Counted from the stretch's first letter, positions 8,306 through 18,199 are shown. The stretch: DNA of 43,785 nucleotides from Campylobacterota bacterium (GCA_034660975.1 JAYEKJ010000019.1:1-43785), one strand, 5' to 3'. The notes: generated by a model from the sequence alone, not told the origin. Program-made: numbers and translations.

Positions 8306-10237
8306 ATGAACAAATATATAACAACACCTATATACTATGTAAATGGCGAAGCTCATATAGGACATGCCTACACAACTTTTATTGCTGATACTTTAGCTAG
8401 ATACGAAAGATTAAAAGGTAATGAGACTTACTTCTTAACTGGAACTGATGAACATGGTCAAAAGATTGAAGAATCTGCACAAAAAAATGGTAAGCCTACT
8501 CAAGAGTTTGCAGATGAGATTAGTGCTACATTTAAAAATCTTTGGGAAGATTTTGATATTAGTTATGACAAATTTATCAGAACAACAGATAAAGACCATA
8601 AATTAGGTGTTCAAAAAGCTTTTGAAGTGATGTATGCAAAGGGTGATGTTTACAAAGATTTTTATGAAGGTCATTATTGTGTAAGTTGTGAAACTTTTTT
8701 TCCGGAGACTCAACTTATTGATGGTGAGTTTTGTCCTGATTGTGGGAGAACTACAAGTGTTGTAAAAGAGGAAAGTTACTTTTTTAAACTCTCAAAATAT
8801 GAAGATAGACTTTTAAAACTATATGAAGACAATCCAGATTTTATACTCCCCCGTTCTCGTGCAAATGAGGTTATAAACTTTGTTAAAGGCGGACTTCGTG
8901 ATCTTTCTGTAACTAGAACATCTTTTAAATGGGGTGTACAAATACCAGAATCATTAGATGATGATAAGCATGTTATGTATGTTTGGCTTGATGCACTTAT
9001 GAATTATGTTACAGCTTTAGGTTATGGAAAAGATGATGCTGATATGAACTATTGGCCTGCGAGTATGCATCTAATTGGTAAAGATATTTTAAGATTCCAT
9101 GCAATATATTGGCCAGCATTTTTGATGAGTCTTGATATGCCACTTCCAAAACATATTGGTGTTCATGGTTGGTGGACAAGGGATGGTGAAAAAATGTCTA
9201 AATCTAAAGGAAATGTAATAGCCCCAAAAGAGGTTGCAGATGCATATGGAGTTGAAAATCTTAGATACTTTATGTTAAGAGAAGTTCCTTTTGGTCAAGA
9301 TGGTGATTTTTCTCAAAGAGCATTTATAGATAGAATCAACTCTGAACTTAGTAATGATTTAGGGAATCTTTTAAATCGTATCATTGGTATGAGTGGAAAA
9401 TATAGTGGTTTTGAGATAGATAGTATAGATGTAGAAAAATATCACTTAAAAGAGTTAGATTCTATGAATGAAGCCCTTGCTAACCTTGATGAATTTATGC
9501 AAAATATGCAAACACACAGATATTTAGAAGAGTTATGGAAACTATTTTCAATTGGAAATAAAGCGATAGAAGAGTATGCTCCATGGGCTAAAATGAAAGA
9601 GGATAAAAAAGATGAAGCACTTGCAACTGTTGCATTAGTTGCAAATATTTTAGCAAAAGCTTCTATAATGCTAAGTCCTATTATGCCAAAAACAACAGGC
9701 ACTATTGCAGATGCACTAAGTTTTAAGATTGATAATGAAAGTTACAATGATTTTATTGTTAATAAAAAATTATTAAAATCTTTTACAATTAAAAAAGTTC
9801 CACCACTTTTTCCTCGTGTTGAAGAGCCGTTGATGGCTGAAGCTCCAAAAGCAGAACCAAATCCTTCTAAAAAAGAGGAGAATAAAAAAGCTGATGTAAA
9901 AGAGCAAGATAATCTTATAGAGATTGGGCAATTCTTTGAAACATCTCTTAAAATTGGAACTGTTGTAGAGGCACAAGAGGTTCCAAAAAGTAAAAAACTT
10001 TTAAAACTTCAAGTTGATGTTGGTGATGAATCTCCTAGACAAGTTGTTGCTGGAATCAAAGAATTTTATAGTGCTGAATCTTTACTTGGAACTCAAGTTT
10101 GTGTTGTAGCAAATTTAAAACCTGCAAAACTTATGGGTATAATTTCTGAGGGGATGCTTTTAGCAGCTAAAGATGAAGATGGTTTATGTTTAGTAAGACC
10201 AGAAAAACCTAAAAAAGCTGGTACACCGATTGGATGA
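8306..10237 (+). CDS. metG: Methionine--tRNA ligase with C-terminal tRNA-binding domain
   Basis: YYVNGEAHIGH, KMSKS, CxxC zinc knuckle, C-terminal NLKPAKLMGIISEGM. Confidence 0.97.
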   Translation: MNKYITTPIYYVNGEAHIGHAYTTFIADTLARYERLKGNETYFLTGTDEHGQKIEESAQKNGKPTQEFADEISATFKNLWEDFDISYDKFIRTTDKDHKLGVQKAFEVMYAKGDVYKDFYEGHYCVSCETFFPETQLIDGEFCPDCGRTTSVVKEESYFFKLSKYEDRLLKLYEDNPDFILPRSRANEVINFVKGGLRDLSVTRTSFKWGVQIPESLDDDKHVMYVWLDALMNYVTALGYGKDDADMNYWPASMHLIGKDILRFHAIYWPAFLMSLDMPLPKHIGVHGWWTRDGEKMSKSKGNVIAPKEVADAYGVENLRYFMLREVPFGQDGDFSQRAFIDRINSELSNDLGNLLNRIIGMSGKYSGFEIDSIDVEKYHLKELDSMNEALANLDEFMQNMQTHRYLEELWKLFSIGNKAIEEYAPWAKMKEDKKDEALATVALVANILAKASIMLSPIMPKTTGTIADALSFKIDNESYNDFIVNKKLLKSFTIKKVPPLFPRVEEPLMAEAPKAEPNPSKKEENKKADVKEQDNLIEIGQFFETSLKIGTVVEAQEVPKSKKLLKLQVDVGDESPRQVVAGIKEFYSAESLLGTQVCVVANLKPAKLMGIISEGMLLAAKDEDGLCLVRPEKPKKAGTPIG

Positions 10238-11229
10238 GACTTGAAAATATCCTTGCACTTACACATGGGCGCCTTGTAAATGATCCATTTGTAAAAATAT
10301 TCGAAAATATTGTTTTTGATTCAAAGGCTATAAAAAGAGGTGATCTTTTTATAGCCTTTGATGAAGAGATGATAGAGGATGCAATATTTAATGGTGCTTA
10401 TGGTATTGTCTTTGATAAGCCAACACAAATAACTGATAATGAAATCGCATGGATAAAAGTAAATAATTGTGAGAATTCATTAAAAAGAGTTTTGCGTTTT
10501 AAATTAGTTGAAAAAAATATCTTAGCATATAGTTGTAATGAGATAGTTTTAAAGCTTGCTCTACAAACTATTACAGAACAAAAATTTGTTATTATTAGTG
10601 GTGAAATAAAATCTATTTATAAACAGTTGTTGAATCTTGAAGATAGTTCAACTATACTTTTCTCCCCTGCCCTATCTGATGAGGATATATTTACAAATAT
10701 TAACGAACTGCCTAAAATATCTAAAACACAGATAATATTAAAAGAGCATACACTTTTTGAAACATCATTTATATATGAAAAAATATTTTATGAAAGACAA
10801 CAATTATCACCATTTTTTATCCCTTATCTTGAAGACCTATTAGGCTTATATAAAAAACTGAAGATAAATTTTAGATTAAAAAAATTTAATCCTACAAATA
10901 ATTTTGAGGTAACTTTTGTAAATAATAGTTTTGAGATTAAGGAGTTTGGAACAACAGATAAAGTTCTTATATTTGAATCAAATGAGGAATTTATAGAATC
11001 AGAAATAGATTATTTAAATGATAAAGCTAGTTGGTCTGAAATTATATATATATTGCCATCTAGATATAAAACTGAATATAATAATAAAGTTTATAGATAT
11101 GATAATGAAGATGAGATTATAAATATTTTAAAAAATAACTTTTTTAATTTTGCACTTATAGTTGGTGTTGATAAATCAGTTGTATGCAAACCTATTATCA
11201 AACAAACTCAACTAACTTTAGATTTTTAA
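10234..11229 (+). CDS. Hypothetical protein with Mur-ligase-like N-terminal domain
   Basis: DSKAIKRGDLFIA resembles the MurE/MurF N-terminus; no GxxGKT ATP-binding loop; ATGA overlap with metG. Confidence 0.65.
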   Translation: MRLENILALTHGRLVNDPFVKIFENIVFDSKAIKRGDLFIAFDEEMIEDAIFNGAYGIVFDKPTQITDNEIAWIKVNNCENSLKRVLRFKLVEKNILAYSCNEIVLKLALQTITEQKFVIISGEIKSIYKQLLNLEDSSTILFSPALSDEDIFTNINELPKISKTQIILKEHTLFETSFIYEKIFYERQQLSPFFIPYLEDLLGLYKKLKINFRLKKFNPTNNFEVTFVNNSFEIKEFGTTDKVLIFESNEEFIESEIDYLNDKASWSEIIYILPSRYKTEYNNKVYRYDNEDEIINILKNNFFNFALIVGVDKSVVCKPIIKQTQLTLDF

Positions 11230-11231
11230 AA

Positions 11232-12803
11232 CTATAATGTGCTAAATTCTCTTTTAAGTTCATCTTTATTAATCTTATTTTTATCACTCTGAATTAAAGG
11301 AAGTGATTTTTTAAATATAATTTTACTTGGAATCATAAAAGAAGCTAGATGTTTTTTTAGCTCAAAAAGAATCTCATTTTTAGGTACTTCACTTTTTGCA
11401 CTATACACCATAATTATCTCCTCCTCTATTTTTTCATTTTCTACTGAAAAAATAGCACAAGAATCTATTTGAGATATATTTTTAGCTACAACAGATTCTA
11501 TCTCAAATGGTGAAACACGAAAGCCTCTTGTTTTTATCATATCATCTTCTCTTGAAACAAAATAGAGATACCCCTCTTCATCTTTATAAACATAATCCCC
11601 AGAAGCTACAACTATCTCATCAACAAGTTGCCCCTCTAAATTTATTACATCTTTAAGAATCTGAATCGATTTAAATCTTTGCTCATTTTGTTCGGGTGCA
11701 TTCCAAAAGCCCCGATAGATATATCCACCTCTATGAATCAACTCCCCTACTTCTCTAGGTTTACACTCTTTTCCATCTTTATTTATAACATAAAGTTCAA
11801 CATCTGGAATCGCTTTTCCTATAGAATCTGGTCTAATCTCAATTTGTTTTGGATCTAAATATGTTGAACGGAAAGCTTCAGTTAAGCCATGCATTGAGAA
11901 AAATGAAGCATTGTTAAAAAGTTTTTTGCAATCATCTATCATTTTTTTTGTAATCTTACCACCTGATGATGTTATGGTTTTCACATTTGCAAAAAGCTCA
12001 GCACTTGGGATTCTATGCATATCTTCATCAAATATTTGTGTAATATTTATAGGCATTAAAGGGATTACTGTTACTTTGTCATTTATGAGATGATTTAAAA
12101 AATCTTCTGGAAGTATAAATCTATGAAGTGCTAAAGTACTTCTTTTATATAATGATGAAAAAATCTGATTCAATCCATAATCTAGATTAAATATCAGTAA
12201 ACCTGAAATTACATCTTCTTCACTTAGTTTAAGATACTGAGAAACAACACGAGCAGAATTTATAAGATTCCTGTGCGAGATAACTACCCCTTTTGGAGTT
12301 CCACTAACTCCAAATGAGTAAGTGATAACAGCATTTGAGTGACCACTTATTTCACAGTCGTAAGGTTTATTATAATACTTATATATCTCCTCAAATGAAG
12401 GAATTTCTTTTGATTTTGTTTCATAAGAGATAATTTGACCATCAAAATTTACCTCTTCTATATTTTCAAGTTTTAGTTTATCAGTGATAATACATTTAAT
12501 ATCACAGTCATTTATAATGTACTCAACTTGTTCAGATTTTAAAAGTTTTGTGAGTGGAACAAGTATATACTCAGTAGATAAAATTGCCAAAATTGCAATA
12601 ACTTGTTCAATACCTTTGTTGGAGTAGATTCCAATTCTAGATTCTTTAGGTAAATCCAACTCTCTTAAATAGTATGCAACTTGATTAACTTTAGTAAATA
12701 GTTCACCATAAGTGATGCTTTGATGATTAAAAACTAAGGCTTTTTTGTCTGCATGAGTTAAGGCAGAATCTTCAATGAGTGTTCTAATACAATTTATTGA
12801 CAT
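11232..12803 (-). CDS. AMP-forming (ANL superfamily) ligase / adenylation enzyme, resembling the TIGR03098-type ligase (likely start 12803)
   Basis: SGTPKGV, LDYG, GLTEAFRSTYL, RPDSIGKAIP, GELIHRG, SGD, MIKTRGFRVSP; AAGGA RBS; starts 2 bp after the glmL stop. Confidence 0.85.
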   Translation of the reverse strand: MSINCIRTLIEDSALTHADKKALVFNHQSITYGELFTKVNQVAYYLRELDLPKESRIGIYSNKGIEQVIAILAILSTEYILVPLTKLLKSEQVEYIINDCDIKCIITDKLKLENIEEVNFDGQIISYETKSKEIPSFEEIYKYYNKPYDCEISGHSNAVITYSFGVSGTPKGVVISHRNLINSARVVSQYLKLSEEDVISGLLIFNLDYGLNQIFSSLYKRSTLALHRFILPEDFLNHLINDKVTVIPLMPINITQIFDEDMHRIPSAELFANVKTITSSGGKITKKMIDDCKKLFNNASFFSMHGLTEAFRSTYLDPKQIEIRPDSIGKAIPDVELYVINKDGKECKPREVGELIHRGGYIYRGFWNAPEQNEQRFKSIQILKDVINLEGQLVDEIVVASGDYVYKDEEGYLYFVSREDDMIKTRGFRVSPFEIESVVAKNISQIDSCAIFSVENEKIEEEIIMVYSAKSEVPKNEILFELKKHLASFMIPSKIIFKKSLPLIQSDKNKINKDELKREFSTL

Positions 12804-12805
12804 CA

Positions 12806-13993
12806 CTAATCCTTTAAATTTTTTATCCCAAGTGTCCAAATGTCATAATTTCTATCCATTACAATAGATGGATTATGTTTTGAGTTTAGTATTTTAGTAT
12901 AGAAAAAAGAGATAATATCTTCAACCTCTTCATCAGATAAAACTTTTGTGATTCCACCTGTTAGAACAATGGAGTTGATTGATAAAAGTTTTAAATTTAT
13001 ATACGATTGTTTGTAGTGAGACATTTTACAAAGAACTAAAAATATCGCTAATTGCATTAAGATTCTTAGGGATTTGTCTGTATTCTCTTCAAAAATATTT
13101 TCTGTAACTTTTAGATGAGTTAAAAGTTCATATACAAATTCATTATTCTGAGCCGTAAAAATGAGAGATTCTTTTGACTTAAATACACCCAATTTTTTAA
13201 AAACCAACCTATCATACTCATTTTGAGTAACAATATTTTCATCCACTAAATCTTTTGAGTAGTGTATATCAGTTGTTGCTCCACCAATATCTATTAGTAT
13301 AAAAGGGTCAACAACAGAAAAATTCGTATCTATTAAAGGTAAAGTTTTGTTTACTATATATGGAGTTGAATAGATTTGATTTGATGTTATCTCATATAAA
13401 GATTTTATATCCTCTTTTCCAACTATATCAGCTTGATAAAGATTTGTAAGGTACTCTTTTAGATTCTCCTCTACAATATGGAGTTTATTATCTATAATAT
13501 TTGGAAGTACAACAAGATTCTCTATTTTTTCTTTAAGCGTAGTTGTATCTTTATCACTACCCACATATACTATATTCGAGTAGTTAAGGTTATATAGATA
13601 ACTATATAGTGAATCTCCAAATATATTTGATGTAGAATCTATCCCACCAACAACTATCACAACATCTATCAAATCACTAGGAATCGAGTAATCCTCTATG
13701 TTTTGATAGATAACACTCTCTATAATATTTATACCTGAGTTAAAAGCAATATTTTTAGCATATTTAAGTGAGAAAGAATCTGTAATACCTATAATTAGAG
13801 TGCTTAATCCACCATTTGCAGATGAGCAGATATATACATTTTCTTTATCAAAACTATGAATCGTCTCACCACATTTATAAGTCAAATCATCAATTATATC
13901 TTTGTTGAAATCTCTAAAATGTTGCTCTATTTTAGTATCAGTTGATACTTTAAAATAGGTACTTCCTACATCTATAAGTAGTTTATTTTTCAT
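12806..13993 (-). CDS. glmL: Glutamate mutase reactivating factor (GlmL/MutL-type, actin-like ATPase fold)
   Basis: IDVGSTYFK, CSSANGGL, VVGGID, IDIGGATTDIHY; ATGA overlap with glmE. Confidence 0.88.
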   Translation of the reverse strand: MKNKLLIDVGSTYFKVSTDTKIEQHFRDFNKDIIDDLTYKCGETIHSFDKENVYICSSANGGLSTLIIGITDSFSLKYAKNIAFNSGINIIESVIYQNIEDYSIPSDLIDVVIVVGGIDSTSNIFGDSLYSYLYNLNYSNIVYVGSDKDTTTLKEKIENLVVLPNIIDNKLHIVEENLKEYLTNLYQADIVGKEDIKSLYEITSNQIYSTPYIVNKTLPLIDTNFSVVDPFILIDIGGATTDIHYSKDLVDENIVTQNEYDRLVFKKLGVFKSKESLIFTAQNNEFVYELLTHLKVTENIFEENTDKSLRILMQLAIFLVLCKMSHYKQSYINLKLLSINSIVLTGGITKVLSDEEVEDIISFFYTKILNSKHNPSIVMDRNYDIWTLGIKNLKD

Positions 13994-15357
13994 TGCATAA
14001 TCCCTATATCGTGGATAATATCGTTTACTATACTTGTTGTATCTTTTGTTAAATCACATTTTGATTTTTCATACTCAAAACATCTGTCAGGAATCGGCAC
14101 ATTTCCTCTTTTGATGATTCTTATATTTTTATTCGCATCACGAACTGTAATCATCTCATTATGATTTATAATATGTGGAGAAAAAGGGACATCAATAGTT
14201 CCATTTTTAATAGAGTTAAAAACCTTTCTCCAAAGAGTGTCAGCTTCATTATTGAAAACTGCCTCCATAATAGCTTTTACCTCAAGAGTAAGATTCTCCT
14301 CCTCCTCTTCATCAACAATATTTGGTAAACCGTTTAAGATTCCAAGAGTATATTGAGTTGAAGCAACTGTTTTTGCATTTGCCTCTTTTGTTGGAATCCC
14401 TGAAGCTTCCTCTCTTGTTTTTGTAATAATTTTATCAGCTCCAACCATAGAAGCGATAACTGTTGACATATTTATAAGTTGCTCTGCAAAATCTTTGTTT
14501 GTTGGGAAGGCTCCCATCCATTGGTGGTACACAAGGTTTATGGTAGCATCACCACAGTTGATTTTCTGGGCATAAAACTTAGCCATTTTTTTAATAACAG
14601 CACCCATCACAATATCTTGATTCATTGATCCAGTTTGTGAGAAAGAGACTGAAAATGATTTAACACCCTCCTCTAATGATAGCAACATCTCTAAAAGTTG
14701 AATCACTATCGTAATAGCAGGTGGAACTAAAGTCGCAGTAAGTGGACCAAACGATTCTCTATTGATAGGCATATTAAGTTTTGAATAGTTAGCACACACT
14801 TTTTCAACATATTTCCAATATAGAAATGCCTTATCAAGTGGGAAGTTTTTCGAGTATGGTAGAAGGTAGGTAATAGGTCCACCCTCTATCTCAAAAATCC
14901 CAGAAGCGATAGCAGTCTCTATGAGAAGTCTAGCATCTGGAGTTCCGTGTCTTAAACTTACAGGCTTATTAAAATGAGTTATCATCTTTCTTGTCGTTCT
15001 ATAACCATGATTTACAAGTGGATAACCGTTAAGCATATCATTGCCACTCTCCTCACTCAAACGAAGCATCTTTTTAGCTGTTGCATAATCATTGAGTCTA
15101 GTGTTAGAATCTATCGTTAAAGGGAGAACATCTACATCAGCATTTACAAAAAATTCATTTAATGCAAATTGCTTCTCATAAGTTGGAAATCCACCACGAG
15201 GCTGAACAAGCATCTTTTTTTTCTTTTGAGCGAAATGATGCGATATAAAAAGCTCTTTATCAGCACCTCTTACAAACTCTTCAACCTCTGCAAAATCAAA
15301 GTTATCTACAAACTCATTACTGAGAATTATCTCTCTCTCTTCTTGTAGTAAGCTCAT
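13990..15357 (-). CDS. glmE: Glutamate (methylaspartate) mutase large subunit E
   Basis: QPRGG, TIDSNTR, NGYPLVNHG, RHGTPD, EGGPITYLLPY, INRESFG, HQWMG: counterparts of the clostridial GlmE glutamate-binding Arg/Glu/Tyr residues. Confidence 0.95.
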   Translation of the reverse strand: MSLLQEEREIILSNEFVDNFDFAEVEEFVRGADKELFISHHFAQKKKKMLVQPRGGFPTYEKQFALNEFFVNADVDVLPLTIDSNTRLNDYATAKKMLRLSEESGNDMLNGYPLVNHGYRTTRKMITHFNKPVSLRHGTPDARLLIETAIASGIFEIEGGPITYLLPYSKNFPLDKAFLYWKYVEKVCANYSKLNMPINRESFGPLTATLVPPAITIVIQLLEMLLSLEEGVKSFSVSFSQTGSMNQDIVMGAVIKKMAKFYAQKINCGDATINLVYHQWMGAFPTNKDFAEQLINMSTVIASMVGADKIITKTREEASGIPTKEANAKTVASTQYTLGILNGLPNIVDEEEEENLTLEVKAIMEAVFNNEADTLWRKVFNSIKNGTIDVPFSPHIINHNEMITVRDANKNIRIIKRGNVPIPDRCFEYEKSKCDLTKDTTSIVNDIIHDIGIMQ

Positions 15358-15767
15358 TATATATTTCTCTCTTTCAAGTAAGTTTCTAGTGTATCAAGAC
15401 CGGTATTGAGATCAACTTGATGAAAAACCAAATCAAAACCATAGTTTTTATATCTTGGAACTATCTCTTGTGCTAGAGCAGTACCAACTACAAGATTCCC
15501 ACCAATAACAAGAGTCAGATTATCAAGTGTTTTGTATTTTGATTTAAGAAGTTTAACCTCCCTAGCCCAACCCTCAGCTTCACCATTGAGTGAAGAGATA
15601 AGTAAAACATCAGCATCAGTCTCAACAACTGCATCAAAAAATTCCTCTAGATATGTGTTTACACCTAGATTGAAGACCTCAAAACCTCTAGCATTAAGCG
15701 AGAGTTCTATAAGTCTATTTGCAACAACATGAATATCATTTCCAACTACACCAGTTACTACTTTCAT
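15357..15767 (-). CDS. glmS: Glutamate (methylaspartate) mutase cobalamin-binding subunit S (MamA/MutS; not glucosamine synthase)
   Basis: B12-binding motif DIHVVA...SSLNG...IGGN; 1-bp TAATG overlap with glmE. Confidence 0.93.
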   Translation of the reverse strand: MKVVTGVVGNDIHVVANRLIELSLNARGFEVFNLGVNTYLEEFFDAVVETDADVLLISSLNGEAEGWAREVKLLKSKYKTLDNLTLVIGGNLVVGTALAQEIVPRYKNYGFDLVFHQVDLNTGLDTLETYLKERNI

Positions 15768-15798
15768 ATATTTAAAAACCTATTAATTATTTGGCGCT

Positions 15799-15807
15799 AG
15801 GATACCA
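15799..15807 (-). promoter_or_regulatory. Candidate extended -10 for the mutase operon
   Basis: TGGTATCCT on the minus strand, about 30 bp upstream of the glmS ATG. Confidence 0.4.
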
Positions 15808-15887
15808 AAGTTTGTGTAAAAATAAGGTTAGAAAATATAAAATATAGGTTACAATTACAAAAAAATATTTTTAAAGGTACTAGAGAG

Positions 15888-16262
15888 ATGAAAATACAGA
15901 TTTATTATGAAGATACAGATATGGGTGGTGTAGTTTATCACTCAAATTATTTGAATTTTTGTGAACGAGCAAGAAGTGATGTTTTTTTTAAAAAAGGTTT
16001 AACCCCTGTTTTAGAAAATGGACATTTTGTAGCAAGAAAACTTACTGCTGATTATTTTTCTAGTGCAAAACTTGGAGAAATTATTGATGTAAAATCTGAG
16101 TTGATAGAGATGAAAAATGCTTCATTTATAATAAAACAAACAATTTATAAAGATGATTTAAAAATATTTGAGATGGGTATAACCTTAGCATATATCTCTT
16201 TTGAGGGAAGAGCTAAAAAAATTGATGCACAAACTAGAGAGTTGTTGTTATCACTTTTCTAG
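15888..16262 (+). CDS. ybgC: YbgC/FadM family acyl-CoA thioesterase
   Basis: IYYEDTDMGGVVYHSNYLNFCERAR hot-dog thioesterase signature. Confidence 0.92.
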   Translation: MKIQIYYEDTDMGGVVYHSNYLNFCERARSDVFFKKGLTPVLENGHFVARKLTADYFSSAKLGEIIDVKSELIEMKNASFIIKQTIYKDDLKIFEMGITLAYISFEGRAKKIDAQTRELLLSLF

Positions 16263-17546
16263 TGGTGTTATATGTTTTATAAATCTAGATTTAACAGGTT
16301 GTAAAAGTTCTATCTCATGCATCATTTGGTTCTCTTCTACTAAAATATTATACTCTCGACTCTCATTTGTAATAAGATTGAAAAAGTAATCTGTACCTAC
16401 AGTTGTTGTATAGTTGATCCAATCATACACAATATCATTGCCCAATAGTGAATTTGCATCTATTAAAATGTTATGATGTTTAGTTATTGAGTTTGCTATA
16501 ATCATTTTTTTTCTATCATCATATTGCGTCATAGAGAGTAAAAGTGGATCATAGTTAATTTGAGTTGATAGAATATTTGTAGTGTTTGTATCATATAGAG
16601 TTAATTGAGACATAATCATACCAGTTTTTACAACAGGTGTATTTATAAAAAATGATCCATCATTAATATCTAGATTCTCTTTTAATTTAGATTCTAAATT
16701 TGTTGTTCTTCTAGGTATAGAAAAATTAATAACACTTCTGTTAATATCTAATATTCTTCTATTTTCTATCTCATTAATTGAAAAAGAATCTAAAGAATCT
16801 AATGTTGAATTTTCATCTATTAGCATTGTTGTGTTTTTAAATTTATCTTCTTGATAACTACTTAATTTTTTGCCGATTGATGATTTGTCATTAAAAATAA
16901 CCAATGGAGAAACAGCCTCTTTTAAAAGTAAATCACTTTGTGCTTCATAATCTATTGCTCCATAATAAAGGTATGGTGTAGTTAGATTCATATTTTTTTT
17001 GTGTATAGTTGGAAAGTATATATTTATATTAGGGTTTATCTCAGCTACAACAGTAGCACCAGTTATTGTAAATGGAGCTATAATATAGTTAAACCCATCT
17101 GATTCTATATTATTTAATGCTTCAACTATATCTTCATGATTTTCATTCTCAATTTTATAGGTTTTTAATTCAAATGAATGATTCTTGGTTATAAGATAGG
17201 CAAATGCAGCATTTATAGTTGATGAAGCATATCTACCAATCTTTTTATATGGCAATAACATAGCAATTTTAAGTTTATTAGTAAATTGTGTAGAACCTAA
17301 GTTTAGTATTGAAATATTAATCATTCTAACATCATTATGTTCACAATTTTCTAATTGTGAATCTGCATGGGAAAGGAAAGAAAATATCATCCCATTATCA
17401 AGATATTCTTGCATACAAACTTCATCACATGGGTATGGGTCAAGATTCATTACATAACTCTTAGGAAGAGGTATATTTGATATAAGATGACTTTGTCCAT
17501 TTAAGTAAAAGGGTAAAAGTAAGAAGATTAAAATTATTTGTTTCAT
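16251..17546 (-). CDS. Exported protein with periplasmic-binding-protein-like region (likely start 17546)
   Basis: Signal peptide MKQIILIFLLLPFYLNG; KIAMLLP and IIAPFT segments reminiscent of PBP1/LpoA folds; ATGA overlap with the upstream gene. Confidence 0.65.
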   Translation of the reverse strand: MKQIILIFLLLPFYLNGQSHLISNIPLPKSYVMNLDPYPCDEVCMQEYLDNGMIFSFLSHADSQLENCEHNDVRMINISILNLGSTQFTNKLKIAMLLPYKKIGRYASSTINAAFAYLITKNHSFELKTYKIENENHEDIVEALNNIESDGFNYIIAPFTITGATVVAEINPNINIYFPTIHKKNMNLTTPYLYYGAIDYEAQSDLLLKEAVSPLVIFNDKSSIGKKLSSYQEDKFKNTTMLIDENSTLDSLDSFSINEIENRRILDINRSVINFSIPRRTTNLESKLKENLDINDGSFFINTPVVKTGMIMSQLTLYDTNTTNILSTQINYDPLLLSMTQYDDRKKMIIANSITKHHNILIDANSLLGNDIVYDWINYTTTVGTDYFFNLITNESREYNILVEENQMMHEIELLQPVKSRFIKHITPLEK

Positions 17547-18199
17547 AAGCAACTCTTTATAGTTTTTAAATCATTTAGTACTGTTTTTTTCTGCTCAGGA
17601 TTTCTTAAAAGATGCTGAGGATGATAAATTGGTATTAATTTGTATTTTTTAAAGTCAATAACATGACCTCTAACATTTTCAAAGTTGTCACTTTCCCCTG
17701 TTACTTTAAAATAAGCATCTTTGCCTAAAGTGACAATTATATCTGGTTGAACAAACTCTATTTGTGAAAATAGGTAGGGTTTACATGAGTTCCATTCGGA
17801 TGACGATGGAGTATTAGAGTTTAAAGGTTTACATTTTATTGCATGTGTAAAATAAACATCTTCAACTTTTAACTCTAAAACATTTTCTATCATTCTTCTT
17901 AAACTTTCACCACTTCTCCCACCATAATAATCATTGGCAGAATCATCACTTTGAGAAACAGAAAAATCTATTATCATCACTTTAGCTTTAGAATTTCCAA
18001 CACCACTCATAGCTTGTTGTCTTGATTTGCTTAAGTCACACAGATGGCATGTAGCAATATTTTGTTTTAACTCTTGTAAAGTTCTTGGTTCGATATAAGT
18101 GTCATCTATATTTATAGTAAACGAATCTATATAATCAAACCCTAGTGCCTTTAGACGGTAAAGATTTTGAAGCAATACTAAATTTTGATAAGACTTCAA
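17543..18199 (-). CDS. Uracil-DNA glycosylase family 4-like Fe-S protein with divergent catalytic motifs
   Basis: CHLC, KCKP and SCKP cysteines, IVTLG, PIYHPQHLLRNP; GEAPG motif absent. Confidence 0.8.
   Translation of the reverse strand: MKSYQNLVLLQNLYRLKALGFDYIDSFTINIDDTYIEPRTLQELKQNIATCHLCDLSKSRQQAMSGVGNSKAKVMIIDFSVSQSDDSANDYYGGRSGESLRRMIENVLELKVEDVYFTHAIKCKPLNSNTPSSSEWNSCKPYLFSQIEFVQPDIIVTLGKDAYFKVTGESDNFENVRGHVIDFKKYKLIPIYHPQHLLRNPEQKKTVLNDLKTIKSCL

Noticed and set aside
15768-15887. Cobalamin riboswitch ahead of the B12-dependent mutase
   Set aside because: The spacer is only 120 bp, AT-rich, shared with divergent ybgC and lacks a B12-box
15888-16262. ybgC thioesterase as part of the mutase/ligase pathway
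   Set aside because: Divergently transcribed and, as I recall, part of a conserved ybgC-periplasmic protein-UDG-like block in Campylobacter; adjacency alone is weak evidence
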